In this document: positions 54,640 to 64,000 of the stretch, piece by piece | How positions within the stretch are numbered: position 1 is the stretch's first letter | How the letters are laid out: the number at the start of each line of letters is the position of its first letter | Origin: Dipteris shenzhenensis | Taxonomy: Eukaryota | DNA length: 64,000 nucleotides | NCBI GenBank assembly: GCA_047967505.1 | Contig: CM106538.1 | Direction: 5' to 3' (one strand) | Made by a program: the position numbers and the translations under genes | Notes under the pieces: model-generated | Told to the model about the DNA's origin: nothing | Seen by the model: the letters and a program-made list of their open reading frames with translations, nothing else | The model's database searches: none

Positions 54640-55725
54640 TCAGTCCCTTTTCTTTCTGTACTGCTTGAAAAAGTAGTTCAATTGGAACCTCCATGCGAAA
54701 ACAACCAGCAAGAACAGAACAATTATAGCAAGGAGCCAGATGGGGTCATCCTCGTCACTGGGAAATTGAACTTCCTGAATGGTAAATGTCTCCCTGTCAC
54801 CTCCTCCTGCGAGGAGTTCTTGAAAATGGCTGTACAAAATATATTGTCGTCGGCTGTCTCTAGAGGCTACTGCTGTGGCATTGGAAAGGGAATCCAACGG
54901 CAATTCATCAACCACCTGGGCTGAAAGCCAAGCGTCCTTGCTCCTGAGAAGCCAAACTCTGTGTGTCGACACAGCTACCAGAAGGCCATCACCTCTAAAG
55001 ACGATTCCGTCAACAGCGGCAAGGGGAGCGGCCAACTCAACAACTCGTACACTTGCATCATAAAGATTGACCTTGAAGAGCATGCCGGAATTCGATTGAG
55101 CTACTACAAGGGCACCGATTGGAGAATAGGCTATTCCGTTCAAACCGCACTCCACAAAAGCCGGACCTTTCACAACAATCGGCTGGGATAAAAAGAGAGG
55201 ACTCTTCACGAAAACGGACGGCTTACCCTCTGGATCGACTTTCCAGACGAAATTCCCCGCCGAATTGGTGACATAGGCATTCCCTTGGCGATCGATGCAT
55301 ACATCGTTAGCCAAAGCTGTTTCTCCAGGTGCAGTACCGAGCCCGTCCAGTGGAGCGAGGAAGATTCGCTGTTGGGTCAACAAGGTGTAAGCAGCGAGGG
55401 CATGAGAGGGAGGAGAAGAAGAGCGGACGACGACGAGGACGCGGCTACGAGGCAAATCGAGCTTCAACCCGAGGGAACGGGAGGTGTGGGAATCGGAGAG
55501 GAATTCTTCAGCGACGCCGGCGTCGGAGACAGAGACGAGGGAAGAGGAGGAGAGGGATCCGAGGACGAAATGCGAATGCTTTGGGTCCCAATCGAAGCTT
55601 TCGGGGTAGAGGACAGGGTATGTGAAAGAAATTGAATGAGAAGAAGAAGAAGAAGACGGCAAGATGATGATGATGAAGAAGGAGATTGCCAAGCACCTGC
55701 CTTGCACATTCACAAACGAACTCAT
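54640..55725 (-). CDS. SMP-30/gluconolactonase/LRE-like (calcium-dependent phosphotriesterase superfamily) beta-propeller protein with signal peptide and C-terminal TM helix, ~361 aa
   Basis: Intact single-exon ORF. Hydrophobic N-terminus, LYPESFDWD, ANDVCID..GNAYVTNSAGNFVWKV, GLNGIAY, DGI; C-terminal WLLAIIVLFLLVVFAW plus basic tail. The start is taken at MSSF (55725) rather than the track's 55809. Confidence 0.88.
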   Translation of the reverse strand: MSSFVNVQGRCLAISFFIIIILPSSSSSSHSISFTYPVLYPESFDWDPKHSHFVLGSLSSSSLVSVSDAGVAEEFLSDSHTSRSLGLKLDLPRSRVLVVVRSSSPPSHALAAYTLLTQQRIFLAPLDGLGTAPGETALANDVCIDRQGNAYVTNSAGNFVWKVDPEGKPSVFVKSPLFLSQPIVVKGPAFVECGLNGIAYSPIGALVVAQSNSGMLFKVNLYDASVRVVELAAPLAAVDGIVFRGDGLLVAVSTHRVWLLRSKDAWLSAQVVDELPLDSLSNATAVASRDSRRQYILYSHFQELLAGGGDRETFTIQEVQFPSDEDDPIWLLAIIVLFLLVVFAWRFQLNYFFKQYRKKRD

Positions 55726-55860
55726 GGTAGTTTTCCTCCTTGGCAATTCCTTGCATCCCTTCCTTCCTTCCTTTATAAGCCTTTCCTCTTTCCTTTTCAC
55801 GCAACACAAATTTTGTTTTCCCCCTTTGCATCCTTCCTTTCATAAGCCTTCCCTCTTTCC

Positions 55861-58800
55861 GGGCTCTCCAACGCACCAAAAGTAGGTGCTCTCCTTAAAT
55901 TATTGATTCTATTATGATGACGTATAGGGGACGGTATTGAGTTGAGTGGTGAGTCTGGGAGTTCGCTGAAAGGCCTTCGTAGTGACCCAACCGCCCCAAC
56001 ACACCCAATTGAATGCACATGCAAGATGAGCAATGCCGGTGATCCCCCAGCCTCCCTCCCAAGACAGTGCGGCAAATGATGGGTGGACTCCGAGGAGGAA
56101 GCATGAAGCAACGAGTAGGCCCCCTCTTACGCTGAGATCCTCAACAAGAAGATTCGCAGCGGCTTCCCTCCTCTCCACAAGGAGGAGATCATATCGATTC
56201 TATTGGCCAAGGTGGCGCGAAGAGCGAGGGAAATGGAACGGAAGCCGTGGTTTGAGACGGGCAAAAGACATGCAGTGGCATGCAAACTATACACCCCGAA
56301 CTGGAGAAGCTCTCGAGAGGAGGCCTCTACCTATTCTTCATTGATCGAATCTCGTCAGGAGAGGAGCTAGCGGAGTTCATGTCATACGAATGTGAGTTCC
56401 CGGGGATTACATACACAGCCCGATTTTTGGGTAAAGGGTTCTTCCTCCTCCACTACATGAGCCTGGACTTCAGCATCGACTGCTTTTTACTCCATGATTG
56501 TCCAACCTCCCACAGTGGATGGGTGACATGGTTCATAAGCTGGCAGTAGCCCTTGGTAGAGTCCTCCGGATACCGCCACCTCCTGGCAACTCAGTGACGC
56601 GAAGGAAAGCATGGATCCTGTGGGATAGAACCTAGGAAACTCCAGACTTCGTGGAGATCAAAGTGTCAGGCAACCCATCGTTCACACAATAGGTCAAATT
56701 CTATCCATTTCCAGATGCATGCTACGTCTGTAAGAGACTGGGCCACTTTACGAGGAACTACTCGAGCAAAACACTCAATACCAGCTTGGCTGCGAGAGAT
56801 AAGGAGGAGACGCTTGAGGCCAAAGGAGGTCATGGAGGAGCCCAGGATGTTGATGGATAGCCCACACATGCAAAGGTTCCGAACCCTAGCAACACATCAT
56901 TGAGCGAGATAGAGGATCACCCCTCCCCCCCTCGAGATCAATGGCAACTTGTCAGAAAGAAAGGTAAGACATCTCTATGTAAGGAAGCATCTGGTGTTGC
57001 GCCCTCTCATGTGAACAGTACAAGAGCACTCCAAACGCGATGGGAAGGATAAGGGGAAAGAAAGCACAGCACCCCCCTTGGATAAGTCGAAGGTGCATCC
57101 CCTCCACACAATGGTGAAGACAAGGAGGAAGAGCTACCAGACGCATACCATCGAAAGAGAGCCCTTGAAGAGAAGCCCACGCATCAAGAATAGGCTACAA
57201 ACCCTACAGGCCCAACTCACATGGTGCATAGGGGATTCTCTAAACGTATCAAAGATGCTGCGATAGGCACATCAACTAGCAAGGAGAACAAGTTCAACTT
57301 TCTCAAGGATGCATACAAGGCCCTTACGCACTAACCAGAGCATTAGGGACGGAGGCTGGCCAAAGGAGGTAGTCTCGGGGATCAATTCATTATGCTAGCA
57401 TGTTAGAGGTTGCTCTAGTAAATCAAATAGAAAGGTTGCTTAGATGTGATTCAGAGGTGTAAACCTAATGTAGTAATGTTGTAGGAAACCAAGTGTGGGT
57501 GCGAAGATAGTTGGTGGGTAGCCTTTCATCAATTAGGTTATGTCTGCTTTGTTAATTGTCCAAGTAGAGGGAGGGGAGGGTCGGTAATGATTGTTCATAA
57601 ATCCCTCCACCCCCAGGAGGTCTTCAGAGCACAAGAGGGCTGGGCGATAGGGGTAAGAGTGTGTAAAGATGGGTTCACCTTCAATGTAGGTAGTGTCTAC
57701 GCCCCGAATTCGCCCAAGAGAGGACCAAAACGTGGCATGCACTGAAAAATGAAGTTAAGGATGAGCATTGGATCCTTGGCGGAGACTGGAATTGCACTGA
57801 GTCACTCCACGAACACTCCCACCTCGGAGCCATGATTGCAGGGGAAGAACTAGAGGCTTGGGAAGAGTTGAGTGTAGAGGCTGCCCTGGTGGACGTGTGT
57901 GAATTAGCACCAAAAATGTAGCCAGAATTCACATGGAACAATCGAAGGTTGGGATAGAAATTCTGAGCCGGTCACCTGGACAAAATCTACGCGTTGGAAG
58001 AAGGGTGTTGGATGAGAGGACCCGTTCACTGGTGGCTGTGTTACCTCCACTGTCCTCTCTAATCATGTGCCGATATCGTGGAAATTCTCGGTGCCATGCC
58101 AAGTGGACAGACTTAGAGATATCCCCTTCAAGTTTGATAAACGCCTACTGGAGTTGAGGGAGTTCTGTAGGGCCATTCGAAAATGCTGGAAGGGACGGTC
58201 GCCCACTACCCAAGGAAGCAAAGATCCTTGCCAGAATTGGGATCTAGCTATCCGTAGGGTAGTAGTTAAGGGTAAGGAGGTGAATCACATTCTGAAGGAG
58301 ACTCTATAAGGTGGCGGTTGCTAACAACCCAACTGACCAGATCCTAGCCACGTTGCAAGCCGAAGTGGATATAGCGATGCATGATTGGGAACTCGATGAA
58401 GCTGAGAAGGCACATATCAGAAGTCACCAATTGTGGCTCTGGGTGGGGGACTATCCCTCCAAAACCTTCTTGAAAGCTCTAAAGCATAATCAACAAAGGG
58501 AATCCATTGACAAAGTACTTGATGCCGAGGGGAAGGTGGTGACCGACATCTGGCAAATTGTGGAGGTATTCCGGCGGGGTCTCGATGAGATAGTGGGTGA
58601 ACAGGCAATCCAAGACAACGGCTGGCATAATTGCATGGCGCAGTTACTGGAAGGGATCTCGCCTCGGGTATTAGAGTACCAAAGAAAATGTATAGGGCAA
58701 CCCTTCAGTAGAGAGGAACTGGAAGAAGCATTAAATACCTTGGCAGACAATAAGGCCCCAAGCCCAGACAGACAATAAGGCCCCAAGCCCGGACAGATTC

Positions 58801-61531
58801 ACGACTGAATTCTACAGAGCATTTTGGGATCTCATCGATTAGGACCTCATCGACATGGTGAATGCCGCCGTAGAACAAGGTACCCTCTCTGAGGATGTCA
58901 ATTCATATCTCATGAAACTTTTCCCTAAAAGGCAAAGTAGATTGAACGTCAGGGATTGGAAGCCCATCATGATGCTGAGCAAGCCTACAAGGTAATTGCC
59001 AAAGCTCTGGCGATTAGGATAAGAGATGTTTACTGTGGGGTGGTAGATAAGGAGCAGAATGGCTTCGTGAGAGGTCGTGATATCTATGAAAATATCCTGA
59101 ATGTAGCCTCAGCCATCGACTATGCATCCTCCTCTGGCCAAAATATCCTCTTGTTTGGTATTGACCTCGATAAGGCTTACGACCGAGTTAGGTGGGACTA
59201 CATCATATTTGTACATATTTGTATAGGAGAAGCTTGGATTTGGTTAGGAATTCATAAGCAAAGTCAGCTGTCTCTTTGGCAACGCCGCTGCTATCCTATA
59301 CATTAATGGAGGATCGGTGGGTAGATTCAGCCTAAGGAGGTCGATCAGGCAAGGCTGTTGGTTGGTCCCTCTGCTCTTTGCCATCTGTACCATCCCCTTG
59401 ATTCACTTGCTGAAGCTAGAAGTAATAGAGGGAAGAATCAAGGGCCTCGACCTCCCCTCGGCAAATGTGCAGCTAATTCTTTGCAGATGATACAATTTCC
59501 ATTGTGCAGGAAGATCAAGCTAGTGTGGAGAGGCTCATGGAGGTCATGGCGATATTCTGTAAAGCCTTGGGCTCGCAGTGCAACTTGACCAAGACTTTCC
59601 TGATCAGAACCAATCCAGACCCGCTAGAAGAATGGGTGAAAAGGCTGGGGGTGCAATTAGTGCCCCAAGGGGAAATAATTAGGTACCTTGGGTGTGCCTC
59701 TAGGGGTAGGAGTGAACACTCGACAAAGATTCGACTGGTTCAAACAAAAAATTAAAGAGAAGCTGAAAAAGTGGAGCAGCATGTGCCTAAGTTGGAATGC
59801 ACGAAGCTTGGTGGTCCAGCACATCCTGGCTGCAACAACAATGTATGTGGCCTCGACCTAGAGGTTCAATAAGACCCAATGGCTGGAGATCGAAGCCCTA
59901 TTTAGGGGATTTCTGTGGGCCGAGGAAGGTGGTAGAAGAAAGATGCACTATATAAGTGGAATGGCGTGTGCCTAAGTTGGAATGCACAAAGCTTGGTGGT
60001 CCAACACATCCTGGCTACAACAACAACGTACGTGGCCTCGATCTAAACGTTCAATAAGACCCAATGGCTAGAGATCGAAGCCCTATTTAGGGGATTCTTG
60101 TGGGCCAAGGAAGGTGGTAGAAGAAAGATGCACTATATCCCATGGGAACCCCTGAAGGCCCCCAAAGCCCTTGGAGGCATTGGACTCCCAGATGTCTGGC
60201 TCAGAAACATGGCACTCTTGGGGAAATGGATGGCGAACCTATTCACCGGACAGGCGCCATGTGTGGAGATCACCAAGGAATTCATAAACACAAGCAGAAG
60301 TAAGGGTGCGGGTCAATGGCATGGCCTAGGCTGGTATGACAGGCTATTCTCAAAGTTCCCTGTCAAGATTGTCGGCTCCGACCTCATTGCCGGCTTGTGG
60401 TTCAAACCTGGAAGGACTGCATCCAGCTGTGCAAATGGAGAGGGAGAAAGGGGCTCAGAGGTGATGGTAGCCTCCTGGAAAGCATCCGGTGGACCAGGGC
60501 GCTCAATAGAGAGCGAAGATGCATGACCTGACTAGAGCCAGGAACCTCCACAAAAAAGGGATTCGGATCTCGATGGACCTGTGGGATGCAGGCAAGGTGG
60601 ATTGGAAAGCTTTGAATCAGATCCGTCGAGAGGTCACACTATCTCGAGGAGAAGAGGATCCGATCCAGGCTACTCTTGACTAAATTCCAGAGCACTGGCC
60701 CTCCAACAGCGTACCAGTGCGGGATGGGAAGGAGAATCAGTGGATCGAAGACCCCCATCCAGAAGCTGTCGGCAAGAAGCATCTGCAAGAAGTTGATATG
60801 GGGGCAGTCAACTATAGCCAACCTCAATGGCAAATGGAAAATGCAACATAGCATGAAATGGTGGAAAGCCCACCTCAGGGAGATCTGGAAGGGATGCATC
60901 ATGGGAAAGGCCAAATACATATTATCAATCAATGGCTCCCGGTGAAGAGCAAGCTAGCCAAAAGAGTGGCAATCAACCCCACCTACATGCTCTGTGGTTG
61001 CAACCTAGAAGACACCTGCCACCTCCTGTGGAGATGCCCAGTGGTGAGAGAAGTATTTTAGTAAGCTCGAAGCAGCAGTCAGAAGCACAGGACTAATGGC
61101 AAAATTCGTGATTAGTGATTAATCAATGGCGCCTCCCTTTGCTAGGCGATATGAAGGGGCTCCCGTCACGCTTGTAGCCTGCTGGCCACACCTCCGCACA
61201 GCGGTGATCTTGGGAGTGTGGGAAGTACAAAACAAGAACTCCTTCCAGCACAAAATCCAACAGGGATTCAGAGTACCGACAATGACTTCGATGGTGAAAA
61301 TCTTCCTTAGGGATTTTAATAGGATCCTAGACACATTAGACCCGGTAGTAAGCTAGGCAATCAGCGAGGTTGAAGCGTGGGTCGTGCTAGGTTAGAAGTT
61401 TATCTACACATAGCGTAGGCCTAGGGAAGTCTCCCCTATAGGCCAAATTTTGTATGGGGACTTCGAGGGACCACCCCCCCCCTCTTTTTGGTAATATAAG
61501 CTGGCACTTTTATTTTTTATTTTTATTTTTA
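55861..61531 (+). mobile_element. Full-length L1-type LINE, degenerate, with 17-bp TSD
   Basis: TSD AAGCCTTCCCTCTTTCC at 55844-55860 and 61532-61548; ORF1-like LGKGFFL; APE (VYAPN, WILGGDWN); RT (EQNGFVRGR.I.ENI, IDLDKAYDRV.W, RQG, RYLG); C-terminal EDTCHLLWRCP zinc finger; (TTTTA)n tail. Confidence 0.93.
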
Positions 61532-61629
61532 AAGCCTTCCCTCTTTCCTTTTCACACAACAAAAATTCTCTCACACTGTAGGGGCTCTCTAATAGGGCCC
61601 CCCTAGTCGATAATTAATTAATTAATTAG

Positions 61630-61762
61630 TGGGTGTGCAGATGCCAAGGGGGCTAGAATAGTCAAATTAAACCTAGCGCCATTAGCGATCTAACTTAATT
61701 AATGTGTGCAGATGCCAAGGGGGCTAGAAAAATCAAATTAAACCTGGCGCCATTAGCGATCA
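61630..61762. repeat. Two ~58-bp tandem copies next to a hairpin
   Basis: TGTGCAGATGCCAAGGGGGCTAGAA...GCGCCATTAGCGATC occurs twice; imperfect hairpin TAGGGGCTCT..AGGGCCCCCCTA at 61579-61605. Confidence 0.8.
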
Positions 61763-61938
61763 AACGTAGCACGAATTGCAAGGCAAAATCTGTGAATCTA
61801 CGAAATCTGTGGTGAAAACTCCTTCCATATGCTTCCTTCAACCACCTCTCACAAGATATAAGGGCGGCCTCTCTCGAGCTATGAAGGACCAGAGGTAGAG
61901 CAAGTGGGGATGTGGGCTAAGGGAAGGGCTAGAAAGAG

Positions 61939-61988
<50 letters not shown>

Positions 61989-62269
61989 TCAGGGGGCGAC
62001 GGGCGAGTGAGTGAGAGAGAGAGAGTACTCAGGGAGCAACGTGCGAGTGAGGGACAAATAATGTGTCTCTCCTCACATAGGTTAATTTGACAAGCATGCA
62101 TGAGCGAAGAAATTAATTCATGATTTTGGAGCTAGGAGCGGCTATGTGGGCACTTTACTCTGTTGACCACCAAAAGATTGCCCAAATTTGCCCATTGTAT
62201 GGACACTTAAAACAAGATGGGGATCCCACTAGGACCCTACATACTTGAAAGTTCAGAATGTGTAAATGA

Positions 62270-64000
62270 AGGTAATGGAATGGTATGTCCAGTAGGCAAA
62301 GGATGTACCACTGATTGTGCTCGTTGTCGGTAGGTTGGCCTTTATGTGGTCTAGTTGGGATCTGTAAGTTGTGGTGGGCTCTTCAAATTGTAGCTTGAGG
62401 TCGAACATGCGCATCATGTTTTGAAGATTAGTGGATTCTGGTGTAGTTCTTCCAATGTCTATGATGAAGTCACCATCTACAATTGTTGTTGAATTGCATG
62501 CACTTTAGGTGAAGGTATGTTAAGAATGCATTGTATTTTATAGATGGTGGCCTATATATGTTGAAAATGTGGAAATTATGGTTGCCCTTGGTTATGCCAA
62601 TGCTTGTTATTTCTATTCCTTGTTCAATGATTTTGTTTATTGTAATCTCATTTGCGATCAGGGTGCAGTGTTTCTTTATCACGTGAAAGATTGGGGGGAT
62701 GAAGTTCTTTGCTTGTCTCGTTCTTATTTCTTTAAAGCATATCATATCTGAATCAATAAGGTGTGGGGTCCCTTTAATGTCGGATATGTACTTCTAGTGT
62801 TGAGTGATCATAGAAGCATAATTGTACTTGCCCCTCTTTGTAACCTCATTTGAGCAAATGTTTCCCAAGTTGCTTTTGAATTGATTCGGGACATTTCTCT
62901 TCTCATGTCATCTTCAACTTGGAAGTTCTCGTTTTGAATTGGTTCAAGTAGGTACAAATTTTGGATGTCTTTGCCACATGACAAGACTATGTATGTTAGG
63001 CTCTGAGAACGAACCCCTTTTCAAGAGAAAGCAACTTTCTCTAGCGTTAGTCCTTGGGCTTTGTGGATTGTTCTTGCCGGTACTGTGGGATGGATAGGGA
63101 ATTGCTCTCATGTAAGAATGTTAGTCTTATACAAGCCTACGAGAATTGGAGAGAAAGCAACTTTCTCTAGTGTTAGTCCTTGGGCTCTAGGGATTGTTCT
63201 TACCACTGCGGGCTACATAGGGAATTGTTATCCTGTAAGAATGTTAGTCTTTCATTGATCTATTTGGACCTCATTCGTGGTCCAGTGCACGAGTGTCCAA
63301 TCTTTGTGTGTGTGTGGTTTGAAAGCATTAATATTATCATTTCTTATTTGCATTCCCATTTGTTGTGTTGGAAAAAGTGTCCACACAATGTCTTTACCCA
63401 TGTGAGTTGAAATTCCATTGGTTTCGTTTACCAGGCTATCCTTTTGGTTTGTATTACCTGAGCACAATTCCACAAACATACCTTCTTTTATTTCGATAAT
63501 TATGTAAACCACTAGTATTTTTAGGGTCTTCTAATATTTTCTCTTTGTTGTATGGGTTTTGTGAGTAGTGGTTTATTGCTTTGAATACATGTTTTCTCTC
63601 TGTGGAGAATTGCAAGACATGGTTATTGTGTCTTTTCATTTGCGAGTTTGTGTAGTATAGGTGAGGCAAGGTGTGATCTTGAGGCACATTGGGAAAGCAT
63701 ATTTGGTTTATGTACCCTATTTCATAGCTTGTGTGTGTGCATTTTCTAAGTGAATTGAATGCATTGATGAGCTTTGTATTGCTTTTTCGCATTGTGGATT
63801 GTGGCTCTAGGCACTTGGATTTTGTTTGCCAATATGTTTCCGCAATACACTCAAGCTCATCATTATTAACTTTGAAGACCCATGAATCATTCACTGGTTT
63901 TGCTTGGTAGAAGTCACCACAGGTAATGACATCTACACCCCCAAAGAATTCTTCATGATTCCTTTTGAGGGTGCACATTCTTAGGTCCGCAAAGTTTAGC
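62270..64000 (-). pseudogene. PIF1-like helicase followed by AP endonuclease (Helentron/Helitron2-type Rep-Hel C-terminus), degenerate, runs off the window
   Basis: FGGVDVITCGDFYQAKPV; QFP...RAQGLTLEKV (tandemly duplicated at 63025-63251); YIVLS; then DMICFKE, IYRPPS, IVDGDF, TT.RSQLDHI. Confidence 0.8.

Noticed and set aside
55726-55809. Longer start for the beta-propeller gene (389 aa in the track)
   Set aside because: It uses a non-ATG start in a repeat-derived region and would bury the signal peptide; the ATG at 55725 fits better.
54682-55885. Plus-strand ORFs over the host gene
   Set aside because: Antisense shadows of a GC-rich coding sequence.

Overview
Eukaryotic, almost certainly plant, nuclear DNA. 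The species cannot be determined; the tRNA-iMet PBS copia elements, CACTA, L1 and dense GT/GA microsatellites suggest a large, TE-rich genome. The only clearly intact host gene is an intronless SMP-30/gluconolactonase-like beta-propeller membrane protein (54640-55725, minus). The rest is mostly transposon debris: three Ty1/copia elements (two with both LTRs and 5-bp TSDs), a small non-coding LTR element with TSD, a Ty3/gypsy remnant, a CACTA/En-Spm transposase with one terminus, two L1-type LINEs (one full-length with a 17-bp TSD just upstream of the host gene), and a PIF1-helicase/AP-endonuclease (Helentron-type) remnant at the right edge. Two things stand out. The first is a decayed, highly divergent histone H3/CENH3-like gene with a long repetitive tail at 204-951, which the ORF track does not show as such. 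The second is an unclassified ~4.7-kb element (15670-20387) bounded by ~430-bp direct repeats that each end on a (GT)n tract. Its decayed interior resembles L1 ORF1 and, much more tentatively, hepadnaviral polymerase. All homology calls were made by eye; no searches were run.
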